Origin: Candidatus Pelagibacter sp.
Lineage (GTDB): Bacteria; Pseudomonadota; Alphaproteobacteria; Pelagibacterales; Pelagibacteraceae
NCBI GenBank assembly: GCA_045566055.1
Contig: JBJLED010000018.1
Span: 1-45,148 of the forward strand
Length of the DNA: 45,148 bases
Direction: 5' to 3'
Within the stretch, counting starts at the first letter, position 1; each line of letters starts with the position of its first letter. The notes under the pieces are model-generated. The model saw only the letters and a list, made by a program, of their open reading frames with translations. It searched no databases and had not been told where the DNA came from. Of this stretch, positions 10,197 through 19,518 are shown one piece after another. Made by a program: the position numbers and the translations under genes.

Positions 10197-12716
10197 TTAG
10201 ATAATATAATTTATTATTTTATTACTTATAAATATAGTTTTAATTATTTTTTTATCCATTAAATATTTCTGAGCTTTGGATTTATCTTTAACAACTTTGT
10301 TAATTTGTTTCTCGTCCATGTTTTTTTCGATTTCAAGAATATCTCTTGTTTTACCGTTAATTTGCACAACAAATTTGATGTGTTGATAGCCTTCATTTTT
10401 ACTTATATTGGGCCATTGGTTTTCAGTTTTACATCCATGTAATTCTAGACATTCGTAAGCCAAATGAGGTGTAAAGGGCACCATTAATTTCATTATCAAA
10501 ATAATATTTTCTGTTAATTCTTTTTTGCTAATATTATTTTCTACACCATCTTTAAGAATTTTGTAAACTTCATAAAAAAGAGCAATCGCAACATTAAATC
10601 TAAAATTTTTGATAGCATTGTCAATCTTATGAACAAAATTATTAATTTTGGATTTTATTAATTTGTCATTTCTTGAAAATTCACTTTGGACATTTTTTTT
10701 AGATATTGTGTAATTTAGGTTCCAAATTTTTTGTAAAAATTTATTAGCAGAGGAAACTCCGGTATTCGACCATTGAACATCTTTTTCTGGCGGACTATCT
10801 GACAATATAAACCATCTCACAGCATCAGCTCCGTATTGTTTGATCATGATTTCAGGATCAACAGTATTTTTTTTAGATTTGGACATTGATTCAGCTGGAC
10901 CGACAATTACTTTTGATTTGTCATCTTTTTTTACGACATTAGATGGACTAATTTTTTCAACATCGTCTGGATATAACCAATTGTTTTTTGAATCTTTATA
11001 TGTTTCGTGGCAAACCATGCCTTGTGTAAAAAGATTATTAAAAGGTTCAACTATTTTAATTTGTTTGTTGCACAAATTAATTCCTTTAGTAAAAAAACGT
11101 GAGTAAAGAAGATGAAGAATTGCATGCTCTATACCCCCGATGTATTGATCAACTGGCATCCAATAATCAATTTTTTTTTCATCAAATGGTGAATTTTTGT
11201 GATCAGGAGAACAAAATCTTAAATAATACCAAGAAGAATCAACAAAAGTATCTAACGTATCAGTCTCTCTGATAGCTTTTTTACCTGAAGATTTATGAGT
11301 AGTTATTTTCCAATTTGGATGAGCATCTAGTGGATTTCCATTGGCATTTAAATCAATATCATTTGGCAATTCAACAGGTAATTCACTTTTATCAACTGGA
11401 ACAACTGAACCATCCTCTAAATAAATCATAGGGATAGGACAACCCCAGTAACGTTGTCGAGAAACACCCCAATCTTTTAATCTATATAATGTTCTTTTTT
11501 TTCCAATGTTTGATTTTTCTAATTTTAGGATTATTTTTTTTTTGGCTTCTTCTATATTTAAATCATTTAAAAAATCTGAATTAATTATTTTTCCTGTCCC
11601 AGTGTAGGCTTCCTTTAAAAGAGAATTGGCTTTACCATCTTTTGAAACAACTTCAATAATTTCTAATCCGTATTTTTTGGCAAAATCAAAATCTCGCTGA
11701 TCATGTGCAGGGCAACCAAATATTGCGCCTGTTCCATAGTCCATGAGTACAAAATTAGCAAAGTAAATAGGTAATTTTTTTTTTTCAATAAAAGGATGTT
11801 TTACAAACAAACCTGTATTAAAACCTAACTTTTCAGCGTTAGCTATTGCTTCTTCTGTTGTACCAGTTTTATTACAATTATTTTTAAAATTTATAAAATC
11901 TTTATTTTTTTCAAATCTCTTATTCAAAGGATGATCTGCAGATAGACATATAAAACTGGCGCCAAATATTGTATCTGGTCGTGTTGTAAATACATTAATA
12001 AAATTTTTATCGTTATCTATTTCAAATTTAATTTCGCACCCATAAGATTTACCAATCCAGTTTTTTTGCATTAATTTTACTTTTTCCGGCCATCCATCTA
12101 ATTTTTCTAGATCTATTAGAAGCTCTTCTGAAAATTTAGTGATATTGAAGAACCATTGAGATAATTTTTTTCTTTCGACTAATGCGTTAGATCTCCAGCC
12201 TCTACCATTAATTACTTGCTCATTAGCTAGAACAGATTTTTCTACAGGGTCCCAATTTACGTATGTTTCTTTCCTTGAAACTAAACCTTTATTATAAAAA
12301 TCTATAAATAATTCCTGCTGATGTTTGTAGTAATTCTTATTGCAAGTAGATATCTCTAAGTCCCAATCAATTGATAAACCTAGCATTTGAAGCTGTTTTT
12401 TCATTACTTTAATATTATTTTCAGTCCATTCTTTCGGGTGTAGCTTATTTTGTTTTGATGCATTTTCAGCAGGTAATCCAAAAGAGTCCCATCCCATTGG
12501 ATGTAAAACATTAAATCCGTTTAAAAATTTGTAACGAGCTATAACATCTCCAATAGTGTAGTTTCTTACGTGGCCCATGTGAATTTTTCCAGATGGGTAA
12601 GGAAACATTTCAAGACAGTAAAACTTTTTGGCTTTAATATTATTGTTATAAAGTTTTAATTCTTCGAATTTGTCTTGCCATTTTTTTTCAATAGAATGAA
12701 AATTTAATCTTTCCAT
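10197..12716 (-). CDS. leuS: leucine--tRNA ligase
   Basis: [27 protein letters not shown] editing domain, SMSKS. Confidence 0.98.
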   Translation of the reverse strand: MERLNFHSIEKKWQDKFEELKLYNNNIKAKKFYCLEMFPYPSGKIHMGHVRNYTIGDVIARYKFLNGFNVLHPMGWDSFGLPAENASKQNKLHPKEWTENNIKVMKKQLQMLGLSIDWDLEISTCNKNYYKHQQELFIDFYNKGLVSRKETYVNWDPVEKSVLANEQVINGRGWRSNALVERKKLSQWFFNITKFSEELLIDLEKLDGWPEKVKLMQKNWIGKSYGCEIKFEIDNDKNFINVFTTRPDTIFGASFICLSADHPLNKRFEKNKDFINFKNNCNKTGTTEEAIANAEKLGFNTGLFVKHPFIEKKKLPIYFANFVLMDYGTGAIFGCPAHDQRDFDFAKKYGLEIIEVVSKDGKANSLLKEAYTGTGKIINSDFLNDLNIEEAKKKIILKLEKSNIGKKRTLYRLKDWGVSRQRYWGCPIPMIYLEDGSVVPVDKSELPVELPNDIDLNANGNPLDAHPNWKITTHKSSGKKAIRETDTLDTFVDSSWYYLRFCSPDHKNSPFDEKKIDYWMPVDQYIGGIEHAILHLLYSRFFTKGINLCNKQIKIVEPFNNLFTQGMVCHETYKDSKNNWLYPDDVEKISPSNVVKKDDKSKVIVGPAESMSKSKKNTVDPEIMIKQYGADAVRWFILSDSPPEKDVQWSNTGVSSANKFLQKIWNLNYTISKKNVQSEFSRNDKLIKSKINNFVHKIDNAIKNFRFNVAIALFYEVYKILKDGVENNISKKELTENIILIMKLMVPFTPHLAYECLELHGCKTENQWPNISKNEGYQHIKFVVQINGKTRDILEIEKNMDEKQINKVVKDKSKAQKYLMDKKIIKTIFISNKIINYII

Positions 12717-12724
12717 AGCAGAAA

Positions 12725-13252
12725 TTATTTTTTTTGTTTTTTAGATATTTTTTGAATTTCTGCTGCTTTCTTAATAATTGAAGTAAGTAGCTCATTGGCA
12801 ATAGCGTTATTATTAATTAAAGTAATTCTACAATTTGAAATGGATTTACAAATTTTTTTGTGAACGGTAATTTTTAAGCTGTCAGATCTAATTTCATTAT
12901 CGAGAAAACGAACAGTTATTTTTATAGACTCATCAGAGACTCCTTCAGAATACCAATCAGAAATTATCATTCCACCAGAATAATCGACCGTTGATAAAGG
13001 AAGAAAATCAAGTAATTCTAAAGATGCACGCCACATAGCGTTTGAGGTGCTAAATTCATAAGTTGTGCTGCCACCTCTACCTAATATATCTTTTAATGAA
13101 GTTCCTTTTCCTTCTTCAATATTTTTTCTGGCTCTCTCTTGAGCATTAATAGGGACTTTTCTAGTATCAACTTTTTCACGTTTGATAGCGCTGCAAGAAA
13201 CTAAGAAAATCAAAATTAGAGATAAATTAATTATTTTGAACATTTTTTTCAC
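12725..13252 (-). CDS. conserved alphaproteobacterial lipoprotein (DUF3576-like)
   Basis: Lipobox FLVSC; N.MWRASL..L.FLPL...D..GG.I.SDW motif; upstream of leuS. Start is GTG 13252 or ATG 13243. Confidence 0.75.
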   Translation of the reverse strand: MKKMFKIINLSLILIFLVSCSAIKREKVDTRKVPINAQERARKNIEEGKGTSLKDILGRGGSTTYEFSTSNAMWRASLELLDFLPLSTVDYSGGMIISDWYSEGVSDESIKITVRFLDNEIRSDSLKITVHKKICKSISNCRITLINNNAIANELLTSIIKKAAEIQKISKKQKK

Positions 13253-13421
13253 TTTAAGGGATAAATTAAAAAAATGTTAATTTTAAGTAAATTATAGAGC
13301 AGAAGTTATAAGTTTGAATTTTAAGAAGAATTATTGTGACAAAAAAGCAACACTCAGACGAAAAAGGCTCTGAAAATGAAGTAAAATAACGAAAAATTGA
13401 GTAAATTTGATAAATATACTC

Positions 13422-13440
13422 TGTTTTAATTATTAAAACA
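13422..13440. promoter_or_regulatory. perfect 9-1-9 inverted repeat upstream of the porin (candidate operator)
   Basis: TGTTTTAAT-T-ATTAAAACA, ending 20 nt before the ATG. Confidence 0.45.
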
Positions 13441-13460
13441 TAACTTAACAAAGGAAAAAT

Positions 13461-14513
13461 ATGAAAACTATAATGAAAACTTTATTAGTTTCTATCGCAT
13501 CTTTGTCTTTAATGTTTTCAGTTAACGCAGGTGAGTTAACAGTTAACGGTACTGCTAAAGCAACGTATAACGCTGTTTCAGGAGCTTCTGCGGACAATGG
13601 TGTTGGTGTAACTAACGAATTAAATTTCACAGCAAGTGGTGAAATGGATAACGGATACACATGGAGCTATTCTATGGAATTAGATCCATCAACTTCTGGA
13701 ACTAACGGTGATAAAACTGGTAGTGCTCCAGGACAAGCGATTAACGATGATACTCAAATCACATTAAAAATGAATGATATGGGTACAGTTAAATTCTGTG
13801 TATCTGAGTGCGGAAACAACAAAAAATACGCATGGGATCAATCAGCATACACAAGTATGTCTGACACTGGTTACAGTGAAGGTATAGTATATCCTGATGA
13901 TATGGGATCATACGCTTCGATTCAATACCACACTCCTGCACTTCCTTTCGGAATTTCAGGTTCTGTAGCACATGGTAATCCAAAAAAAGATGGTCAAAGT
14001 GGAAACACAACAGCAACAGGCGGTAACTCAGCTACTGAGTTCTCTCTAACGATTGCGCCGGTTGATGGTTTAACTCTTACTGGATCATTCATGGAACAAA
14101 ACCTTTACACAGATGGTACAATTAACAACGGTCAAAAAGAGCAAAATGGTGCATATGCAATAACTTACGCTTTAGGTAACTTAACAGCTGGTTATGGTAA
14201 ATCATACAAAGCTCCAGAGATCGATACATTATCAGCTGGCGCAACGACTATAGAATTCTACGAAAATACAGGATTCTCTCTTGGTTACGCTGTAAATGAC
14301 GATCTATCAATCTCTTACGCGAACGAAGTAGGTGAAAGAAATTACCAAACAAGTTCAACAGAAACGTTTGATATCGAGATGGATTCAGTACAAGTTGCAT
14401 ACTCTTTAGGTGGTGCTACATTATCACTAGCTAGAGCAGAATATGAAAACGCTGGATTTATTCAAAACAAAGACGTATCAGAGACGATCATAGCTATGTC
14501 ATTTGCGTTTTAA
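13461..14513 (+). CDS. outer membrane porin
   Basis: Signal peptide ending VNA, alternating beta-strand pattern, C-terminal Phe (MSFAF), own SD, long upstream region and terminator. Confidence 0.88.
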   Translation: MKTIMKTLLVSIASLSLMFSVNAGELTVNGTAKATYNAVSGASADNGVGVTNELNFTASGEMDNGYTWSYSMELDPSTSGTNGDKTGSAPGQAINDDTQITLKMNDMGTVKFCVSECGNNKKYAWDQSAYTSMSDTGYSEGIVYPDDMGSYASIQYHTPALPFGISGSVAHGNPKKDGQSGNTTATGGNSATEFSLTIAPVDGLTLTGSFMEQNLYTDGTINNGQKEQNGAYAITYALGNLTAGYGKSYKAPEIDTLSAGATTIEFYENTGFSLGYAVNDDLSISYANEVGERNYQTSSTETFDIEMDSVQVAYSLGGATLSLARAEYENAGFIQNKDVSETIIAMSFAF

Positions 14514-14533
14514 TTAACGTTATTTGATTATTT

Positions 14534-14566
14534 AAAAAGGGGCGATTTTATCGCCCCTTTTTTTTT
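14534..14566. terminator. intrinsic terminator, probably bidirectional
   Basis: AAAAAGGGGCGAT-TTT-ATCGCCCC followed by a T-run, between convergent genes. Confidence 0.92.
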
Positions 14567-14583
14567 GACTCTTTTAAATCTAT

Positions 14584-15153
14584 TTACCTTAAAGTGGTAT
14601 GAATTTTGTTAGATTCGTTCTTAACCAAGGATGATAATGCTACGTTCTCACAATTTACATTATTTAAATTATTTAAATTTTCTAAATTAATTCCACCTAA
14701 AGGAGTTAAAGGTGCTTTAGTTAGCTTTGATAATAAATTAAATTTAATCACGCCTAAAAAACCTATTTTATTTTTGTAAGTAGTTTTAAATAATCGAGAT
14801 AAGATAATTTCTGAACAACCTTGTAATTTTTTTAAATTTATTTCTTTAATATTGTGCGCAGTCCCTATTATTTTATAATCATTCTTAAGAAAACTTGGAC
14901 TCAACTTTTTGTTATAAGCAGAAATATATAATCCATCTGCTTTAAGAATTTTCATGAGATCAATGTTATTAGCAATAAAAAAAGGTATTCTTTTGATTTT
15001 ACATTCAGTTCTAAATTTCTTTAGCTTTTCAATATTTTCAGGGGAATTATTTCTGTAAATAATACTATATTTTCCAAAATTTTTTATATTTTTTAGATTT
15101 ATATCTTTTATACTTTCAATTATAAAAAAATATTTTTTTTTAAAGATAAACAT
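14584..15153 (-). CDS. thiamine-phosphate synthase (ThiE/TenI)-like protein, divergent
   Basis: FFIANN, ADGLYI, IIGTAHN, LSRLFKT, PLGGIN match the ThiE fold pattern; start placed at ATG 15153. Confidence 0.72.
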   Translation of the reverse strand: MFIFKKKYFFIIESIKDINLKNIKNFGKYSIIYRNNSPENIEKLKKFRTECKIKRIPFFIANNIDLMKILKADGLYISAYNKKLSPSFLKNDYKIIGTAHNIKEINLKKLQGCSEIILSRLFKTTYKNKIGFLGVIKFNLLSKLTKAPLTPLGGINLENLNNLNNVNCENVALSSLVKNESNKIHTTLR

Positions 15154-15160
15154 TATTAAT

Positions 15161-15805
15161 ATGATAATTGAAAGATTTAACAAAATAAAATCTAATATTG
15201 ACGATTTAAAACCTTCTAAACCAGTAAATATTGTGGCTATTAGTAAAACATTCTCTATAGACCATATAAAACCTTTAATAGACTTTGGTCATGATCATTT
15301 TGGAGAAAATAAAGTTCAAGAAGCAAAAGTTAAGTGGAGTGAAATAAAAAAAAACAATCAAAACTTAAATTTACATATGGTTGGTAAATTACAAAGTAAT
15401 AAAACTAAAGATGCAGTAAATATATTTGATTATATTCACTCAGTAGATAATCAAAAATTAGCTGACGCTTTAGCTAAGCATCAAAAAAATATGAATAAAA
15501 GTTTAAAATATTTTATCCAGGTTAATATAGGAAATGAAATACAAAAATCAGGAATATCTGCAAGCGAGTTAGATCCTTTCTATAATTATTGTGTTAATGA
15601 ACTTAGCCTTAAAGTGATCGGCCTTATGGTAATACCTCCTAACGATAATAATACCGAAAAATATTTTAAGTCAGTAAATGAATTAAATAAATCACTTGCA
15701 CTAGAGCATTTGAGCATGGGCATGTCTGCTGATTTCGACAGTGCTATTAAAAATGGATCTACATTTGTAAGAATAGGAAGTGCTATTTTTGGTTCACGAT
15801 CTTAA
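15161..15805 (+). CDS. yggS: PLP homeostasis protein YggS
   Basis: VAISK, FGENKVQE, G.LQSNK, LSMGMSAD, VRIGSAIFG. Confidence 0.96.
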   Translation: MIIERFNKIKSNIDDLKPSKPVNIVAISKTFSIDHIKPLIDFGHDHFGENKVQEAKVKWSEIKKNNQNLNLHMVGKLQSNKTKDAVNIFDYIHSVDNQKLADALAKHQKNMNKSLKYFIQVNIGNEIQKSGISASELDPFYNYCVNELSLKVIGLMVIPPNDNNTEKYFKSVNELNKSLALEHLSMGMSADFDSAIKNGSTFVRIGSAIFGSRS

Positions 15806-16283
15806 CCTTAGTATTTTTTTGTAATTTTTTTACTATTTCTATCAGGTCCCTTTTTTTAACAGCAACACACCCCTCAGTTTTTTTATAATTTTTTTTGGAA
15901 ATGTGTATGAATATTGCGCTACCTTTATTTTTTATTACAGGTGACATGTTATAGTTCAACACAAGAATAATGTCATAAATATTTTCTTTTCTATAAAGTT
16001 TCTCATAACTATTGTTTGACGGTAATTTAATTAACTTATTATAATTCTTTGATTTAGAATCATTACACCAGGCCATATTTTTCTTTATTACAACTGTTTT
16101 TAATTTTGTTTTAAACCCCTTTATTTTATCTTTTCTGTAAAATATATACTTAATTCTATAATCGCCCATAGGGGTGATAAGATCCCCTTCCTTTTTCTTA
16201 TAACCAATTCCTCTTTTACCTATGGAACATTTTACTTTATATTTGTAATAAGTAAGGTATTTTTTACTAATTAATATATGCAT
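15783..16283 (-). CDS. L,D-transpeptidase (YkuD-like) family protein
   Basis: KKEGD..TP.G, GSAIFIH followed by TEGCVA catalytic motif. Confidence 0.88.
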   Translation of the reverse strand: MHILISKKYLTYYKYKVKCSIGKRGIGYKKKEGDLITPMGDYRIKYIFYRKDKIKGFKTKLKTVVIKKNMAWCNDSKSKNYNKLIKLPSNNSYEKLYRKENIYDIILVLNYNMSPVIKNKGSAIFIHISKKNYKKTEGCVAVKKRDLIEIVKKLQKNTKVKIVNQK

Positions 16284-16883
16284 GCATTAAAAGTTTTAAT
16301 TTTAGGTCCTACTTCGTTTCTCTCTACATTAAATGAACTTAAAACTTTTTTAAAGTTTAATCCTACTTTTGAAAATTTAAATAGTAACAATGATGTTATT
16401 TTGTTCCATGAGGAGGCACTTAAACAGATCAAACAAAAAGAATTAATACAAAAGAGTGAGTCGATAAAAATTCTAGCCACAAGAAAAAAACAGGCAAACA
16501 ATATTTTTGATGCTAATTTAGAATTACCTTCAACCCTGAAAGAAATTAATGCATTAATAGAAAATATTTCTGCAAAGAAAAAATTTAGTCAAAATTCTTC
16601 AATTAATGTGAAGAACTATTTGTTAAATAAAAATGAAAAAAAATTATCGAAATTAGAAAAATCTATAATTCTTACAGAAAAAGAAATTCAGCTACTAGAG
16701 CTATTTTTAAATAATAAAAAGCCGTTATCGAAAGATAATATTTTGTCATCCGTTTGGAATTATTCTTCTGATGCAGACACACATACAGTTGAAACACATA
16801 TTTATAGATTAAGAAAAAAGATCGCAGATAAATTTATGGATGAAAGTTTTATTCTAATTAATAAAGATGGTTATTATTTGTGA
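16278..16883 (+). CDS. OmpR-family winged-helix regulator, CenR-like, with degenerate receiver domain
   Basis: LTEKE...VWNY...THTVETHIYRLRKKI; divergent from the L,D-transpeptidase gene. Confidence 0.85.
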   Translation: MHALKVLILGPTSFLSTLNELKTFLKFNPTFENLNSNNDVILFHEEALKQIKQKELIQKSESIKILATRKKQANNIFDANLELPSTLKEINALIENISAKKKFSQNSSINVKNYLLNKNEKKLSKLEKSIILTEKEIQLLELFLNNKKPLSKDNILSSVWNYSSDADTHTVETHIYRLRKKIADKFMDESFILINKDGYYL

Positions 16884-16987
16884 AACAAAGAAACAAGATA
16901 GCAAAAGATCTTTTTACATCTAAATATAGAAAACGAATAGTAAAGCCGAAAAAAGGTAAAGGTAGTTTTAAAAGAAGAAAAAAATAA
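16880..16987 (+). CDS. arfA: alternative ribosome rescue factor ArfA-like, 35 aa (absent from the ORF track)
   Basis: Manual translation MKQRNKIAKDLFTSKYRKRIVKPKKGKGSFKRRKK carries the ArfA KKGKGS(Y/F)xR motif; GTGA overlap with the upstream stop. Confidence 0.82.
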   Translation: MKQRNKIAKDLFTSKYRKRIVKPKKGKGSFKRRKK

Positions 16988-16988
16988 A

Positions 16989-17918
16989 TTATTTCAATCT
17001 GGCGCCAATAATTTGAATTACTTTTGAAGACATCTCTGTACCAGTTTCTAAGCTTTCTTTAATAGTTTTATTATTAATTAAGCCGTGTAAAAAACCACCG
17101 GCAAATAAATCTCCTGCTCCAGTTAAATCTTTAATTTTAAGATTTTTTTTAGCAGAACATTCTACAATTTCATTTTTATTGATTGCAACTGCTCCCTTAT
17201 CACCACGCGTAATAACTATTAATTTATTTATTTCTTTAGCAAAATTTAACACGTCATCAAATTTACTCACATCTATTAATGACATAATTTCTTGCTCATT
17301 TGCAAAAGTAATATCTAATTTATTTTTTACTAATTCTAGAAAATGAGGTTTATGTCTTTCTACACAGAATAAGTCCGACAATGTCATCGCCACTTTGTTA
17401 GAATTATTAATCGCTTTTTCAAATGCTTTTTTAGGATCACCTTCATCCCAAAGATATCCCTCTAAAAATAAGATCTCGCTCTTCTTTACCGCATCGGCAT
17501 TAATGTCATTATCGTTTATTTTTCCAGCTGTTCCAAGGAAAGTTACCATGGTTCTCTCAGAGTCGGGTGTAATTAATATCAAGCAGGTCCCAGTTGGAAC
17601 CGACTCTTTTTTCTTTGAATAGAAATATTGCACATTTTCTTTTTTCAAGCCTTCTTCGTACTTATTACCTAAATTATCATCACTTACTTTACCAATAAAG
17701 CCCACTTTATTTCCAAGTTGTGAAAGACCCACTATAGAATTTGCAACTGAACCACCTGAGACAGTTTCCTCTATTGTAAGACTGGATAATAGTTTTTTAA
17801 ATTCAGCCTCATCCACAAGCTTCATTGTACTTTTTGTTAAATTATTTTGAGAGATAAATTTATCCTCAACTTTACAAATTACATCAACTATAGCGTTGCC
17901 AATCCCCAGTATCTTCAT
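16989..17918 (-). CDS. PfkB-family kinase (adenosine kinase-like)
   Basis: GIGNAIVD, GGSVANS, DLTGAGDLFAGG. Confidence 0.92.
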   Translation of the reverse strand: MKILGIGNAIVDVICKVEDKFISQNNLTKSTMKLVDEAEFKKLLSSLTIEETVSGGSVANSIVGLSQLGNKVGFIGKVSDDNLGNKYEEGLKKENVQYFYSKKKESVPTGTCLILITPDSERTMVTFLGTAGKINDNDINADAVKKSEILFLEGYLWDEGDPKKAFEKAINNSNKVAMTLSDLFCVERHKPHFLELVKNKLDITFANEQEIMSLIDVSKFDDVLNFAKEINKLIVITRGDKGAVAINKNEIVECSAKKNLKIKDLTGAGDLFAGGFLHGLINNKTIKESLETGTEMSSKVIQIIGARLK

Positions 17919-18572
17919 TTATGCTTTTTTTGTTTTAATAGGTTTTTTTCTATTTGGATAACAGCTTTTACAAATTTTACAAGTTATTCCATAGCACTCT
18001 CGGGCTTTACAATATTCCCTTCCATACCAAATTATTTGCAGATGTAGCCTGTTCCAATATTTCTTTGGAAAAACTTCCTTTAAATCTTTTTCAGTCTGCA
18101 CAACATTTTTGCCGTTCGTTAAACCCCACCTTTGAGCTAATCTATGAATATGTGTGTCTACTGGAAAAGCAGGAAAACCAAAACCTTGAGACATGACAAC
18201 ACTAGCAGTCTTGTGACCTACGCCAGGTAATTGCTCTAGTTCTTCATAAGTTTTTGGCACTTTACCTTTATACTTTTCAACTAAAGTTTTTGATAAATAA
18301 AAAATACTCTTTGCTTTAACTCTAAATATTCCAATTCTTTTAATTAAGCGTTCAATTTTTTTTCTTCCAAGTTGTACAAAATGAATTGGTTTATTATATT
18401 TTGGGTAGATATCCTTTGTAACATTATTAACATTTACATCGGTACACTGTGCAGAAAGGAGAACAGAAATTAAAAGAGTAAAAGTATTTTTATAATTAAG
18501 CGGTATAGGTATCTTAGGATAGGTTTTATTTAATATCCTTATAATAATTTTTGCTTTTCTTTTATTGATCAC
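17919..18572 (-). CDS. nth: endonuclease III
   Basis: LLSAQCTD, HhH LPGVGHKTA, VDTH, C-terminal Cys cluster. Confidence 0.95.
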   Translation of the reverse strand: MINKRKAKIIIRILNKTYPKIPIPLNYKNTFTLLISVLLSAQCTDVNVNNVTKDIYPKYNKPIHFVQLGRKKIERLIKRIGIFRVKAKSIFYLSKTLVEKYKGKVPKTYEELEQLPGVGHKTASVVMSQGFGFPAFPVDTHIHRLAQRWGLTNGKNVVQTEKDLKEVFPKKYWNRLHLQIIWYGREYCKARECYGITCKICKSCYPNRKKPIKTKKA

Positions 18573-19345
18573 TTAAAGTTAAGAAGGTCCCTCATAGAAT
18601 AAAGACCTGCTTTTTTTGACATTAACCAAGCAGCAGCAGTTAATGCTCCTTCAGAATACAAAGCCCTATCAAAAGACTCGTGATTGAGTTTTATAATTTC
18701 TTTTCCACTGGAAAATTGTACCTCATGTTCTCCAATCACCTCACCTTTACGAATTGAATTAAAGTTAATTTTTTTTGAATAAGGAAAGTTTTTTTTATTT
18801 AAATATTTTTTTCCAATTAAATTGTAAAAATTTTTATTTTTTCCATCAGCTATTCCTTTACCCAACATTAAAGCTGTACCAGAAGGATAATCAATTTTAT
18901 GTTTGTGATGAACCTCATATACTTTACTTAAAAAATTTTTTCCAAGAGATTTTGAAGCGATTTCAGTTAAGTGCATTAGTAAGTTTACCCCTAAACTCAT
19001 GTTACCTGCCTTCAGTATAGGAATTTTTTTAGAAAACTTTTTTATTAAATTTTCCTCTTTTTTTGAAAAACCAGTCGTTCCGATAACGACTCTTTTTTTT
19101 ATTTTAGATGCAATTTTAAGTATTTCTAAAGTACACTTAGGAACAGTAAAATCTATTATCACATTTGTTTTTTCAAATGACTCAAAGCTATTTCTAGATA
19201 GTTTTAGCCCACCAATCTTTTTATTTATTAATCTATTTTCTGTTAAAGAAACTAACTTAAAGTTTTTATTTTTTTTAGAAGATTTAATGAGTTGTTGACC
19301 CATTCTTCCCATACATCCAGAAATAGATAAATTTATTTTTCTCAT
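18569..19345 (-). CDS. dapB: 4-hydroxy-tetrahydrodipicolinate reductase
   Basis: GCMGRMG, IDFT, GTTG, EVHHKHKIDYPSGTA. Confidence 0.96.
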   Translation of the reverse strand: MRKINLSISGCMGRMGQQLIKSSKKNKNFKLVSLTENRLINKKIGGLKLSRNSFESFEKTNVIIDFTVPKCTLEILKIASKIKKRVVIGTTGFSKKEENLIKKFSKKIPILKAGNMSLGVNLLMHLTEIASKSLGKNFLSKVYEVHHKHKIDYPSGTALMLGKGIADGKNKNFYNLIGKKYLNKKNFPYSKKINFNSIRKGEVIGEHEVQFSSGKEIIKLNHESFDRALYSEGALTAAAWLMSKKAGLYSMRDLLNFK

Positions 19346-19512
19346 AAACTAATAAAATAAATGATTACAATAATAACCAGCGTAATTATAGCCCAAATAG
19401 ATAAATTTCTTAAAAATTCTTTCAATTTATAATTTGTAGAAAGAAAACTGGGTAAAATTAAAATCAATACTGCAATGAGAAAAATTGCAGACATTATTTG
19501 ATCAGTACTCAT
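19342..19512 (-). CDS. small two-TM membrane protein, 56 aa (absent from the ORF track)
   Basis: MSTDQIMSAIFLIAVLILILPSFLSTNYKLKEFLRNLSIWAIITLVIIVIIYFISL; fills the dnaJ-dapB gap; ATGA overlap with dapB. Confidence 0.8.
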   Translation of the reverse strand: MSTDQIMSAIFLIAVLILILPSFLSTNYKLKEFLRNLSIWAIITLVIIVIIYFISL

Positions 19513-19518
19513 TTAAAA

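Noticed and set aside
13266-13280. TTAA-N7-TTAA CtrA-like box
   Set aside because: An all-AT motif expected by chance here, with no supporting context.
13266-13660. Minus-strand ORFs 13266-13451 and 13445-13660
   Set aside because: They cover the porin promoter region and the antisense of the porin start, with no protein-like features.
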